DNA of 64,000 nucleotides, taken from positions 256,001-320,000 of the forward strand of contig CBDCRI010000001.1 in the NCBI GenBank assembly GCA_965220965.1, read 5' to 3'. The position numbers and the translations under genes are program-made. This document shows, in pieces, positions 37,465-48,204 of this stretch. Origin of the DNA: Candidatus Marinacidobacterium sp. Its GTDB lineage: Bacteria > Acidobacteriota > Vicinamibacteria > Marinacidobacterales > Marinacidobacteraceae. A model generated the notes under the pieces. It made no database searches. It was not told where the DNA came from and saw only the letters and a list, made by a program, of their open reading frames with translations. Each line of letters begins with the position of its first letter. Position 1 is the first letter of the stretch.

Positions 37465-39675
37465 TTATAGGAGGCCGGGGGCGCCGCGGGCCTGGGGGCC
37501 GGCCGCCTCCGCCACGGCCGCCATGAACTCGTCATGCGGGTGGCCGAGGTCGGCCAGCTGGCCCTTGTGGACCGCGCAGACCCAGGCCGCCCGGCGCAGG
37601 TCGCCAAGCGTCCAGGCGTCCTTGGCGGCGAGCGCGCTGCCCGCCCCCACCGTGGCCCGGGAGAAGCCGGCGCCGTCCAGCCTCGAGACGCCGTCGCAGC
37701 GCGCCAGGAGGGCGCCGATGCGCGCCATGCCCAGCGCCTGGGCGGCCGCCGGGGCCGGGAGCGGCGCCCGCTCCGGCGCCAGCGCCACCTTCACCGCCTC
37801 GGGGGCTGGCGCGTTCTCCCAGTCGATCGGCGCGTCCATCGCCCGGTCGATGGCCTCCTGCTTGTCCACCAGCAGCCTGACGATGCGCTCGTCGAGCGAG
37901 CCCTGAAGCACGTAGTGGCGCACGTTGACCGCGGCGTCCTGGCCGATGCGGTGGCAGCGGTCCTCGGCCTGGCTCAGGTCGGACGGGCGCCACGGCAGCT
38001 CGGCGAACACCACGTCGCTGGCCGCGGTCAGGGTCAGCCCCACGCCGGCCGCCCCGATACTGCCGATGAAGGCGCGGCAGTCCGGGTCGCCCTGGAAGCG
38101 CTCCACCGCCGCCTGCCGGGCCTCGCGCCCGTCGCGGCCGGTCAGCCTGGCGATGCCGTCGACGCCGTTGGCGCGCAGCGCCGCCTCGATGCGGTCAATG
38201 GCCACGTGGTGGTGGGCGAAGACCACCAGCTTGGGCACGGACTCCAGCAGCCGCGCCGCCTCCTCGCCGACCAGGCGGGCCTTGCGCGCCCCGATGGCCT
38301 GCATGACGCGGGAGATCTTGCGGAAGGCGACGCCGCCGAGGCCCCCGCCGCCGTCGAGGGCCTCGGACAGGATGGCAAGGGAGCCCTCCCCGATCTCGGC
38401 GATGTCGGACTCAAGGGGCGCCAGCACGTCCCCGTCGGCGCGCAGCGGGATGACCTGCCGGCGCTTGGCGGGCAGCTCCCTGAGCACGTCGGCCTTCAGC
38501 CGGCGGACCATGCACGTCGAGCGCAGGCGCTGCTGCAGCTCCTCCATGTTGCTGGCTCCCTGCGCGTTCCAGCCGTGCTCCGTCCGGTGCCCGGCGCAGT
38601 AGGCGCTGGTGAAGCCCGGGTAGCTGTCCCAGGTCCGCGGGTCGATGCGCTGCAGCAGCGGCCACAGCTCGACCGGGCGGTTGAGGATCGGCGTGCCGGT
38701 CATGAACAGGTCGCGCCGCGAGCGCAGGGCGAGCGCCGCCTTGGTGCGCTGCGCCCGAGGGTTCTTCAGGTAGTGGGCCTCGTCGAAGACGATCAGGTCC
38801 CACTCCTCCGCCGCAAGGCGCCCCTTCAGCCGCGTCAGCATGGAGTAGGTGGCGATCGCCGTCACCGGCCCGTCGGGGATGGGCGCCTTGGGCTCCACCA
38901 GGCAGGCCGGGGCGCCGTCCGCGCGCCACTTGCGCGCCTCCAGCCGCCAGTTCAGGGCCAGCGAGGCCGGCGCCACAACCAGGGCGCGGCTGACGTCGTC
39001 GGCGTTGTTGATCAGGCCGAGCGCCTGGATGGTCTTGCCGAGCCCCATCTCGTCGGCGAGCAGCACGCGCTCGCGCGCCATGCAGTAGCGGATGCCGGCG
39101 GCCTGGAAGGGCAGGTAGGCGAGGCCCTCGGGGGCCAGCAGCCCCTCGGCGTCGGCGGCCGTGGCCCGGCTGCGCTCGGACGCCTCCAGGTCCATGTGGG
39201 GGGTCCTCCACCAAGCGACCTCCTCGCGCCCTTGGTAGGCGCCCAGGGAGATGCCGGCCTTGCGCAGGGCGCGCCGCGTCTGCGGCGCCGACCACAGCGC
39301 CCGGAACGCATCGTCGGGGGCCGCCTTGCGCAGCTCGCGGGCGCCGCGCTTGGTGTGGACCGTGCGCGGCTCGCTCCAGTCGAGCAGCCCGTCCAGGCGC
39401 ATCTCGTCCGGCTTGGCGATGCGCAACCCGTCGGGCAGCGGCTCGTCGGGGTCGGTCCACCAGCAGACCTCGTCGCGCTCTCCGGAGAGGCTGAAGCCGG
39501 CGGCCTTGAAGCGCTTGCGGCTCTGCAGCGCGCGCTCGAGGAAGGGTCCGTCGGGCGTGGCGGTGAGCAGGCGCCGGACGCCCTTGCGCGTGTGCACCTC
39601 CCGGGGCGCATCCCACTCCAGCATCCGCGCGAGCTCCCCCCGAAAGTCCTCCTCCCCCGCCATCGGCTCGTCCAT
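37465..39675 (-). CDS. SNF2-family helicase (SMARCAL1/HARP-like)
   Basis: LADEMGLGKT, FDEAHY, MTGTP, GVGLTL, QAEDRCHRIGQ. Confidence 0.9.
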   Translation of the reverse strand: MDEPMAGEEDFRGELARMLEWDAPREVHTRKGVRRLLTATPDGPFLERALQSRKRFKAAGFSLSGERDEVCWWTDPDEPLPDGLRIAKPDEMRLDGLLDWSEPRTVHTKRGARELRKAAPDDAFRALWSAPQTRRALRKAGISLGAYQGREEVAWWRTPHMDLEASERSRATAADAEGLLAPEGLAYLPFQAAGIRYCMARERVLLADEMGLGKTIQALGLINNADDVSRALVVAPASLALNWRLEARKWRADGAPACLVEPKAPIPDGPVTAIATYSMLTRLKGRLAAEEWDLIVFDEAHYLKNPRAQRTKAALALRSRRDLFMTGTPILNRPVELWPLLQRIDPRTWDSYPGFTSAYCAGHRTEHGWNAQGASNMEELQQRLRSTCMVRRLKADVLRELPAKRRQVIPLRADGDVLAPLESDIAEIGEGSLAILSEALDGGGGLGGVAFRKISRVMQAIGARKARLVGEEAARLLESVPKLVVFAHHHVAIDRIEAALRANGVDGIARLTGRDGREARQAAVERFQGDPDCRAFIGSIGAAGVGLTLTAASDVVFAELPWRPSDLSQAEDRCHRIGQDAAVNVRHYVLQGSLDERIVRLLVDKQEAIDRAMDAPIDWENAPAPEAVKVALAPERAPLPAPAAAQALGMARIGALLARCDGVSRLDGAGFSRATVGAGSALAAKDAWTLGDLRRAAWVCAVHKGQLADLGHPHDEFMAAVAEAAGPQARGAPGLL

Positions 39676-39751
39676 GCCGCGCCTCCTCGCCAGCCTGGCC
39701 GCGTCCTTGGATTGTAGGATTCCGCCGCCGGCCGGCCCCGGCGCTTGGGGG

Positions 39752-40874
39752 TCAGGCGCCCAGAAGCAGTGGGGCGAGGTGGCCGACGGCGCCCAGAGCG
39801 GCGGCGACGGCCAGCAGGCCGCTGAGCGCGCGCCGCGCGAGGTCCCCGGCTCCGGCTGCCCGGGGCTGCGGGGGCAGGCCCGCCGCGGTCGCCCGGAAGG
39901 CCGGCGACAGCGCCTGCAGCTTGCACTCCGCCAGCGCCATGGCGCGCAGCCCCTCCGCCATGGCGCGGGCGCGGGCCGAGCGGGCCCGGCCGGAGGCGGC
40001 GACCAAGGCCCCGCCCAGGGCGGCCAGGGCCGCGTGCCCGGAGAGGCCCAGCCAGGACCGCACCGGATCGAAGGCGGCCGGGGCCGCGGCCCACAGGGCG
40101 AACTGGCCGGCGATGACGGCAAGCGCGCACAGGGCGCTCAGGGCGGACGTCCCCATGGCGGCCGCCTGCTCGCGGGCGCACGCGCCGCGGGCGGCCTCCG
40201 CGGCGGCGAGCAGGCCCTCCGAGCGGCTCCCGGCCTGGCCGCGCGCCGACTGGCGCAGCAGCGCCGCCTCGGCGGTGACGTGCCACACGTCGGTCTGCGA
40301 CGGCGGCTGGCCGACGCCGGCCCCATGGGAGAGCACCGGCAGGAAGCCCAGCCGCTCGTGGAAGCGCGCCGACCTCAGGTTGGGCGGCTGGCTGACGACG
40401 GCCGCGAACACGTCGGCCGGCGGCGCGCCGCCCGGGCCCCGCTGCGCGGACCGGACGGAAAGCTCCCGGAAGAAGGCGTCGTACAGCGCCCTGCCGATGC
40501 CCCGTCCGGCCATGCCCCCGGCGACGCCGACCTGCTTGACGACGTGGAAGGGCGGCGCGCCGCCGAACAGGGCCAGCAGGCGCCGCTCCGTGCTCTCGGG
40601 AGCGAAGCCGCCGGCGCGCTCGATGTGGTCGGACCGGTAGGCCAGGAGGAAGCCGACCGGCGGGCCGCCGTCGGCGTCAGTGCAGACCAGGAGGTCCACC
40701 CCCCCCCCCCGAAGGCGGGCCGCTGCGCTCCTGGAAGGCCCGGTAGCGCTCGACGCTGAAGTCGGAGACCAGGAAGCCGGTCTCGCCGTCGGACGTGTCG
40801 CGGTGGGCGCGCGACAGGTCGAAGACGGCCCCCACGTCATCCGCGGCGGCATGGCGGACGGTCCATCCGGTCAT
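39752..40874 (-). pseudogene. GNAT acetyltransferase with C-terminal membrane helices, frameshifted at a G12 tract
   Basis: N-terminus in ORF 40677-40874; QVGV...GRGIGRALY, N..S..FHERLGF in another frame. Confidence 0.7.
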
Positions 40875-41226
40875 TTCAAGCCCCTTGGCGGCAAAGCCCC
40901 AACGCGTCGGGGGAGATGGTACGCCACGGCGGCGGAGGCTTTCACCCCCCTTCCGGGCGCACGCTCAAGCCGCGGGCGGCGGGCTTGGGCGGAGCGGGCC
41001 AAGCCGGAGCTCCGGGCTTCGAAGGGCCAAAGAGGCTATAGTTGGCCACACCCCCGCGGATAGGCCCAGGATGCGCGCAAGAGCGAGGAAAAGGACGCAT
41101 GCGGTCCCAGCCCGCAGGCCTGGCGCCCCCCTGCCCCGCCCCGGGCTTGGCGCATCCGCTTGGCTGCGGCGTCCGGCGCAGCCTTGAGACGGTTTTCAGA
41201 AGCCGTCCCCATTCCAGGGCCTGCCG

Positions 41227-44200
41227 ATGCGCTGCATTGCCATTGACCTCGAGGTCAAGTCAGACCGCATCGCCGAGCTCGCCGGGGTCGATGCGCGGTC
41301 CGGCGAGGCGTTGAAGCTTTCCTGCGAAGGCCGGACGGGCCGCAACCTGCGCGACGCCCTGGCGCAGCTCGACGAGTTCGCCCGGCCCGGCGACTGCCTC
41401 GTGGGCCACAACCTGATCGACTTCGACCTGCCGCACCTGGCCGCCGCCGCACCCGAGCTGGACCTGCTGCGCATGCCCGTTGTGGACACCTTGCGCCTCA
41501 ACCCCTTGGCCTTCCCGGCCAATCCCTACCACAAGCTCGTCAAGCTCTACCAGGACGGCCGCTGGGTTCGGGGACAGACCAACGACCCGGAACAGGACTC
41601 CCGGCTTGCCCTGAAGCTCCTTGAGTCGCAGCGCGGCGCCCTGCAGGGCGCCGAGCCGGACCTGCTCGCCGCTTGGCATTGGCTGACCGGCGGATCGGCA
41701 TCCGGCCTCGGATTCGACGCCTTCTTCGCGCAGTTGCGAGGCAGCCCCCGCCCGCCAGCCGACGAGGCCCGCGCCGCCATGGACCGGCGCCTTTCGGGCA
41801 GGGTCTGCCGCGCGCAGGGGCGCTCGCTCCCCGTCGGCGGGGAGGACGGCTGGCCGCTGGCCTACGCGCTGGCCTGGCTCTCCGTGGCCGAAGGCAACTC
41901 GGTCCTGCCAGGCTGGGTGCGCCACCGGTTCCCCGCCGCCGGACGGCTGATTCGGCGGCTGCGCGACCGTCCCTGCGCGGATGCGCGCTGCGCGTGGTGC
42001 CGCGAACGCCACGACGCCGCCAAGGAGCTGAAGCGCTGGTTCGGCTTCGACGGCTACCGCACGGCGCCGGCCACGCCCGACGGCGCTTCCATGCAGCGCG
42101 CGGTCGTCGAACGGGCGATGGCCGGCGGGCCGGTGCTGGCCATCCTGCCCACCGGCGCCGGCAAGTCGATCTGCTACCAAGTCCCGGCGCTGTCGCGCCA
42201 CGCCAAGACCGGCGCGCTCACCGTGGTGATCTCGCCCCTGGTGGCCCTCATGGCCGACCAGGTGGCGGGGCTTGAGGCGCGGGGCATCAGCAGCTGCGTC
42301 ACCGTCAACGGCATGCTGACGCCGCCGGAACGGGCCGACGCCCTGGACCGAGTGCGCCTGGGCGACGCCGCGATCCTGCTGACCTCGCCGGAGCAGCTGC
42401 GCAACGAGTCGCTGCGCAAGGCGCTTGGGCAGCGCGAGATTGGCGCCTGGGTGCTCGACGAGGCGCACTGCCTGTCCGCCTGGGGCCACGACTTTCGCCC
42501 CGACTACCGTTTCGTGGGCCGCTTCATTGGCGAGCGCCGCAGCGCCCAAGGCGCGGCGGATCCGCCCCCGCCGGTGACCTGCCTCACCGCCACGGCCCGG
42601 CCGGAGGTCGTGGCCGGCATTCAGGAGCACTTCCGCGAAACGCTGGGCATGGAGTTCACCGTGTTCAACGGCGGCTCCGAGCGCGACAACCTCGAGTTCG
42701 AGGTGCGCCGGACGGACTCGGCCCACAAGCTCGACGACATCCACGAAGCGTTGACGGCGGAGCTGCCGGTCGGGCAACCCGGCGGAGCGATCGTCTACTG
42801 CGCCACCCGCCGCCGGTGCGAGGACGTGGCCGAGCACCTGCGGCGCAAGGGCGCGGATTGCGAGCACTTTCATGCCGGCCTCGCGCCGGAAGCCAAGAAG
42901 CGCATCCAGCAGCGGTTCATCGACGGCGAGGTGCGCGTGATTGCCGCCACCAACGCCTTCGGCATGGGCATCGACAAGCCCGACGTGCGCCTGGTGGTGC
43001 ACGCCGACATCCCCGGGTCGCTGGAGAACTACCTGCAGGAGGCGGGCCGGGCGGGCCGCGACCGGAAGCGCGCGCGCTGCGTGCTGCTCCACGCCGCCGA
43101 CGACCTCGAGCGGCAGTTCGGGATGTCAGCCCGGTCCCGCCTCAGCCGCCGCGAAATCCAGGGCGTCCTCAAGGCGTTGCGTCGCGTCGGCGACCGGCAG
43201 CGAGACCCCGTGGTCGTGGCCACCCCCGGGGAGATTCTGGTGGACGATGAGGACGGGGCCTTCGAGCGCGACAGCGCCACGGACGACACCCGGGTGAGGA
43301 CCGCGGTGTCCTGGCTGGAGGAGGCGGCGCTCCTGCGCCGGGAGGAGAACCGGGTGAAGGTGTTTCCGTCGTCGTTGCGGGTGCGCTCGGCGGACGAGGC
43401 GAAGCGCAGGCTCGATGCGAAGGCAGGCCTCACCCAAAGCCGCCGCGATGCCCTGCTGCGCATCGTGCGGGCGCTGATTGCCGCGGACCCGGACGAGGGC
43501 GTCTCCACCGACGAGCTGATGGGCATTGCGCGGCTGGACTCCCCCGGCGTTCGCAACGGCCTGCATGACCTGGAGCACTTCGGCTTGGTCGCCAACGACA
43601 TGGCCTTGACCGCGTACGTCCATGTGGCCATGAAGGAGTCATCCCAACGACGGCTGAAGCGGGCCTGCGAACTGGAGGCGGCGCTGATCGCGCTGATGCG
43701 GGAGCAGTCCCCGGACCTCGCCAAGGGGGAGGCCCAGGACCTGCACCTGCGCGTCGCCGCGCAACGGCTGAGGAACGGCGGCCTCGCCCAAACGCCGCCC
43801 GATCGGCTGTCGCGCATCCTGCGCAGCCTCGAACGGGACGGGCGCGGCGATGAGCGGGCTGAGGAGGGGTCCGGGGGCAGCATCAAGCTGCACCGCCCGA
43901 ACCGCGAACTGGCCCGAATCACGCTGCTTCGGTCATGGCGCGCCCTGGCCCGCACTGCGGAACGGCGCCGCGACGCGGCCGGCCTGCTGCTCGACCACTT
44001 GCTGGCCGCCCTGCCCAAGGGCGCCCGGGGCGCCGACCAGCTGGCGGAGACCACCCTTGGCAAGCTGCGGCAGGCGCTGGCCGAGGACATGGTGCTGAAC
44101 GTCGAGGCCGGGAACTTGGGCAAGCTGCTCGACCGAGCCCTGCTCTGGCTGCATGAGCAGGAGGTCATCCGGCTCAATCGGGGGCTCACGGTGTTCCAGC

Positions 44201-46434
44201 CCGCCATGACCGTCCGCCTTGAGGGCCGGCCCGGAACGGGCGCCCGCCGCCGGCAGTTCGGGCCCGCGGACTTCGAGCCTTTGGCGCTCCACTACCAGGA
44301 GCAGGTGCGGCAGACGCACATCATGGCGGAGTTCGCGGCCCGCGGCCTGCAGGCCCCCGCCGACGCGCTGCGCCTGGCGAGGGACTACTTCGGGCTGGAG
44401 CGCGGCGCCTTCCTCGACCGCTGGCTGCCCAATCGCGGTTCAGGGATCAAGCGCGAGACCACCCCGGACAGCTGGACGGCAATCGTTGGCGGCTTGAGCC
44501 CGAATCAGCGAGAGATCGTTGCCGACCCCCGGGAGCGCGCCGACGTGCTGGTGCTGGCGGGCCCGGGCGCCGGCAAGACCCGCGTGCTGGCGCATCGGAT
44601 CGCCTACCTGCTGCGGGTTCGGCGCGAACGGCCCCAAGGCATCCTCGCCCTCGCCTACAACCGGCACGCCGCCGTTGAGATTCGGCGACGGATTGAGGGG
44701 CTGGTTGGGTCGGACGCCAAGGGCGTCACGGTGATGACCTGCCACGCCATGGCCATGCGCCTTGCGGGCGCCAGCTTTGCGGCCATGCAGCGCACCGACG
44801 CCGGGGATGCGCGGAACGCGTTCAGGAAGGTGCTGCGCGAGGCCACCGCGCTGCTGCAGGGCGAGGGGCTGCCGCCGGACGAGGCCGACGCCCAGCGCGA
44901 CCGCCTGCTGGCCGGGTTCCGACACATCCTGGTGGACGAGTACCAGGACCTCGACGGGGACCAGTATGAGTTGATCGCCGCCATGGCAGGACGGACCCGC
45001 AACGACCCGGACAGCAAGCTTGCGCTGTTCGCCGTCGGCGACGACGACCAGAACGTGTACGGCTTCATGGGCGCCTCGGTGAAGTTCATCCAGCGCTTCA
45101 AAGAGGACTACGACGCCGAGCCCGTCTACCTGACCGAGAACTACCGCTCAACCGCCCACATCATCGACGCGGCCAACGCCTTGATCGCGCCCGCCGAGCA
45201 CCGGATGAAGCGGGAGCGCCCCATCGAGGTGGACCGCAAGCGGCGCAAGGCGGTGCCGGGCGGCACGTGGGCATCCTGGGACCCGGTCGGCCAAGGCCGG
45301 GTGCAGATCATCCCGGCGGGGGGCGACGACCGGACCCAAGCCCAAGCGGCCATTGCCGAGCTGACGCGCCTGCAGGGCCTGGCGGCCCCACGGAACGCCT
45401 GGGACTGGCGCAACTGCGCGGTGATAGCCCGACGATGGCAAACCCTGGAGCCGGTGCGGAGCCTGTGCGAACTCAAAGGCATCCCCGCACAGATGGCCTC
45501 CGAGGAGACGGGCTACTTCTGGCGGCTTCGGGAAACCCGCGCGCTGCGCGATTGGCTGGCGGAGCGCGCCGGCGGCTTGGTGACGGCCGGCATGCTGGAG
45601 GACTGGGCGGACGCCCAGCACGCCAGCGGCTGGATGGATGCGCTGCTTGAGGCCGTGGCGGCGTTTCGAGCCGAACACGGCGCTGCGGAATGCGCCTTGG
45701 AGGCCTTTCTGGAATGGCTGGCCGAGTGGGGTCGGGACTTCCGGCGCGCCCAACGGGGCTTGCTGCTGGTCACGGCGCACAGCGCCAAGGGGCTGGAATT
45801 CGACCACGTCGTCATTCTCGACGACCAATGGCGCGTGAGCGAGCGCGATGAGGACCCCGACGCCTGGCGGCGCCTGCACTACGTGGCCATGACCCGAGCC
45901 AAGCAAACGCTGGCGTTGGCAAGCCTCGACCGGGAGGGCCGCGCGCGCCGCCACGGCAATCCGCAGCCGCGCCAGCCGCGTGCCACGCCGGCAGTCCCTT
46001 TGGAACTGCGCGACCGGGCTTGCGCACTGCTTCGCCCGGCGGCGGAACTCCCGCCGCCACCGCCCGAGCTGGGCCGCATCCGCGAGGCGCTGACCCTGGC
46101 GGACGTGAACCTGGGCTTTCCCGGCCGGCACGTCCCCAGCCACGCAATCCACGGCGCCATTCGCCGGCTGCGGCAGCATGACCCGCTAGACGTCCTCACC
46201 GACCGCAGCCCTTGGGAACTGGCCACCAAGGCGGGACAGGTCATCGGCCGGCTGGCCAAGCAGTACGAGCCAAAGGGGCAAGTTCAATCGGCCCGGGTCC
46301 ACGCGGTGGTCGGCTGGGGGCGAGACGACAGCGCGCCCGAATTCCAGGAGGGCCTGCCATGCGACGAGTGGGAGGTGGTGGTCCCCGAGCTGGTGTTCGA
46401 TTCGACAACTGGCGATGGGGCGCAAGGGCGCTAG
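41227..46434 (+). CDS. RecQ-family helicase fused to N-terminal exonuclease-like and C-terminal UvrD-like helicase domains
   Basis: DLE/GHN; TGAGKS, DEAHC, QEAGRAGRD; AGPGAGKT, DEYQD, GDDDQ, KGLEFD, YVAMTRA. Confidence 0.9.
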   Translation: MRCIAIDLEVKSDRIAELAGVDARSGEALKLSCEGRTGRNLRDALAQLDEFARPGDCLVGHNLIDFDLPHLAAAAPELDLLRMPVVDTLRLNPLAFPANPYHKLVKLYQDGRWVRGQTNDPEQDSRLALKLLESQRGALQGAEPDLLAAWHWLTGGSASGLGFDAFFAQLRGSPRPPADEARAAMDRRLSGRVCRAQGRSLPVGGEDGWPLAYALAWLSVAEGNSVLPGWVRHRFPAAGRLIRRLRDRPCADARCAWCRERHDAAKELKRWFGFDGYRTAPATPDGASMQRAVVERAMAGGPVLAILPTGAGKSICYQVPALSRHAKTGALTVVISPLVALMADQVAGLEARGISSCVTVNGMLTPPERADALDRVRLGDAAILLTSPEQLRNESLRKALGQREIGAWVLDEAHCLSAWGHDFRPDYRFVGRFIGERRSAQGAADPPPPVTCLTATARPEVVAGIQEHFRETLGMEFTVFNGGSERDNLEFEVRRTDSAHKLDDIHEALTAELPVGQPGGAIVYCATRRRCEDVAEHLRRKGADCEHFHAGLAPEAKKRIQQRFIDGEVRVIAATNAFGMGIDKPDVRLVVHADIPGSLENYLQEAGRAGRDRKRARCVLLHAADDLERQFGMSARSRLSRREIQGVLKALRRVGDRQRDPVVVATPGEILVDDEDGAFERDSATDDTRVRTAVSWLEEAALLRREENRVKVFPSSLRVRSADEAKRRLDAKAGLTQSRRDALLRIVRALIAADPDEGVSTDELMGIARLDSPGVRNGLHDLEHFGLVANDMALTAYVHVAMKESSQRRLKRACELEAALIALMREQSPDLAKGEAQDLHLRVAAQRLRNGGLAQTPPDRLSRILRSLERDGRGDERAEEGSGGSIKLHRPNRELARITLLRSWRALARTAERRRDAAGLLLDHLLAALPKGARGADQLAETTLGKLRQALAEDMVLNVEAGNLGKLLDRALLWLHEQEVIRLNRGLTVFQPAMTVRLEGRPGTGARRRQFGPADFEPLALHYQEQVRQTHIMAEFAARGLQAPADALRLARDYFGLERGAFLDRWLPNRGSGIKRETTPDSWTAIVGGLSPNQREIVADPRERADVLVLAGPGAGKTRVLAHRIAYLLRVRRERPQGILALAYNRHAAVEIRRRIEGLVGSDAKGVTVMTCHAMAMRLAGASFAAMQRTDAGDARNAFRKVLREATALLQGEGLPPDEADAQRDRLLAGFRHILVDEYQDLDGDQYELIAAMAGRTRNDPDSKLALFAVGDDDQNVYGFMGASVKFIQRFKEDYDAEPVYLTENYRSTAHIIDAANALIAPAEHRMKRERPIEVDRKRRKAVPGGTWASWDPVGQGRVQIIPAGGDDRTQAQAAIAELTRLQGLAAPRNAWDWRNCAVIARRWQTLEPVRSLCELKGIPAQMASEETGYFWRLRETRALRDWLAERAGGLVTAGMLEDWADAQHASGWMDALLEAVAAFRAEHGAAECALEAFLEWLAEWGRDFRRAQRGLLLVTAHSAKGLEFDHVVILDDQWRVSERDEDPDAWRRLHYVAMTRAKQTLALASLDREGRARRHGNPQPRQPRATPAVPLELRDRACALLRPAAELPPPPPELGRIREALTLADVNLGFPGRHVPSHAIHGAIRRLRQHDPLDVLTDRSPWELATKAGQVIGRLAKQYEPKGQVQSARVHAVVGWGRDDSAPEFQEGLPCDEWEVVVPELVFDSTTGDGAQGR

Positions 46435-46669
46435 AGGCAGACCGGAAGCCGCGCCAACAAGCGCATCACCGCCCTTCGAGGAAAGGGCGCCCGGCGCCGA
46501 GTCCACCGGGCTCCCGATTCCGTCCGCTTGGCGACGCCGCCCTCGCCCAAGCGGAGCCTCCGAGCAGGACGGGGCGAGCAATGCGCCCACGAAGGGGAAG
46601 GCGCTGCAAGTTGCCCAAAACCGTGCTTTAGCGTTAAGCTTTTGGCTCGTTCGAACCGAGGCCTGCCTC

Positions 46670-47245
46670 ATGCGACTTCGCGATGCCGTTCGCGTCCTGG
46701 TCCTCGGCAAGGGGCGCCAAAGGCAGATATTGACCTCCAGCGACCTAGCCTGCCTCTTCCCTGAGGACTCTCCAGCGGCTCTCGCAAGGGGCGTTCGGTC
46801 GCTGGTTGACGTGGGGTTGCTGTCGCGGGTGACGCACGGCGTTTACGTGAACTGCGCCGCTGCGCCGATGGGGTTGGAGGCCCCCGGCCGCCTTGTGGCG
46901 CACATCCGCCCCCACGACGTCAGCTACCTGTCCTACGAGTCCGCCTTGAGTTGGCATGGGGCGATCAATCCCATCCCGCACGTGGAGACGTTCGCCACCA
47001 CGGGCCGTAGCGGTCGATTCAAAACCCTGGTCGCGCACTTGGAGCTGACGCACACCAGGCGCACGCCAAAGGAGATATTCGCCCGGACGCTCTTCAGGAA
47101 GGACTTGCGCTGCCGGGTTGCGTCGCCCGACCTGGCCCTTGAGGACCAGCGCCGCGTCCGTCCCTACATGATCGGATGCCACGTCGAGGAGGTCTATCTG
47201 AGCGAAGCGCGCGCCGACTGGCGGGAGATGGGAGGCCCTCATTGA
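46670..47245 (+). CDS. abiEi: AbiEi-family type IV antitoxin
   Basis: wHTH GLL.RV.HGVY, SYLSYESALS.HG.I..IP, TTGRSG. Confidence 0.85.
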   Translation: MRLRDAVRVLVLGKGRQRQILTSSDLACLFPEDSPAALARGVRSLVDVGLLSRVTHGVYVNCAAAPMGLEAPGRLVAHIRPHDVSYLSYESALSWHGAINPIPHVETFATTGRSGRFKTLVAHLELTHTRRTPKEIFARTLFRKDLRCRVASPDLALEDQRRVRPYMIGCHVEEVYLSEARADWREMGGPH

Positions 47246-48204
47246 TGAACAGCTTCATCCACGACCAAGCGGCGGCGATTGTCCAGAACAAAAAGGACCT
47301 CGTTACGCACCTTCGGTCCGTGCGAAAGGAGATCGTTCAGCTGCATGTCCTGCGCGCCCTCAACAGCAGCGGGATTCTCGATGAGATCACCTTCATGGGC
47401 GGCACCTGCCTGCGGCTTTGCCACGGCGGCATCAGGTTCAGTGAGGACTTGGGCTTTCGCGGCGGCGGCTTTGACGGCCTCGCGAACGGCTTGGGGGCCA
47501 CGCTTCAAGACGCCCTTCTGAAGCGCGGCATCAATGCCGATGTCCGCCCTGCTGGGGCGCCCGGCAGGGCGAAGGGAGGCGTGGAGCGCTGGTGGGTGCG
47601 AGTCGTCGTCAGGAAGGATGCCCCCAAGGACCAGCCCTCTGTCGAGCGAATCAAAATCGAGATTAACGCCCGAACGCGTCCGGAGGAGCGCGAACTCGGC
47701 CACTTGGCCGACCGTTTCGGCGAGCTGTCGGGAGACCTGTCGGAAGCCCCCCTGATCCATTGCATGCCCATGCTGGACATTTGCGCTGACAAGCTCGCGG
47801 CCTTTCCGTTGAGCGTCGTCCAGCGCCCAGAGAATCCGCGCTACAGGGATGTGTTTGACTTGGCTTGGGCGTTGCCCCGGCTTGACGATGGAGCCGTGCC
47901 GGACCGTGCGGCGGAGGTGGCCAGCCAACGAGGACTGGCGCCGGACGTGCGCGACGCCATCTCAAAAACGCTGCCAAAGCTGCGCGCGATTGTGGAGTCC
48001 GAAGAATACCGACGCAAGATTTCCCCCTTTTTGACTGACAGCGTGGCTGAAAGGACAGTGCGCGACGCGGAGTACAGGCGCAATTCGATCCAAGCATTGA
48101 GGCGGCAGCTGGATCTGTTGGACCGAGCGCTCGCGCTCCTTGGCCGTGGCCAGCGCGGCAGGCCGACCCAAGGCGGCGTTCGCCGCCGGCCCCCTTCCCC
48201 CTGA
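47245..48204 (+). CDS. abiEii: AbiEii-family nucleotidyltransferase toxin (DxD altered)
   Basis: KE, FMGGTCLRL, RFSEDLGF, IKIEI, ADKL, RYRDVFD. Confidence 0.85.
   Translation: MNSFIHDQAAAIVQNKKDLVTHLRSVRKEIVQLHVLRALNSSGILDEITFMGGTCLRLCHGGIRFSEDLGFRGGGFDGLANGLGATLQDALLKRGINADVRPAGAPGRAKGGVERWWVRVVVRKDAPKDQPSVERIKIEINARTRPEERELGHLADRFGELSGDLSEAPLIHCMPMLDICADKLAAFPLSVVQRPENPRYRDVFDLAWALPRLDDGAVPDRAAEVASQRGLAPDVRDAISKTLPKLRAIVESEEYRRKISPFLTDSVAERTVRDAEYRRNSIQALRRQLDLLDRALALLGRGQRGRPTQGGVRRRPPSP

Noticed and set aside
32437-37470. 1677-aa + strand ORF and many other long Arg/Pro/Ala-rich ORFs
   Set aside because: Antisense or alternate-frame shadows of real genes in high-GC DNA; no motifs.
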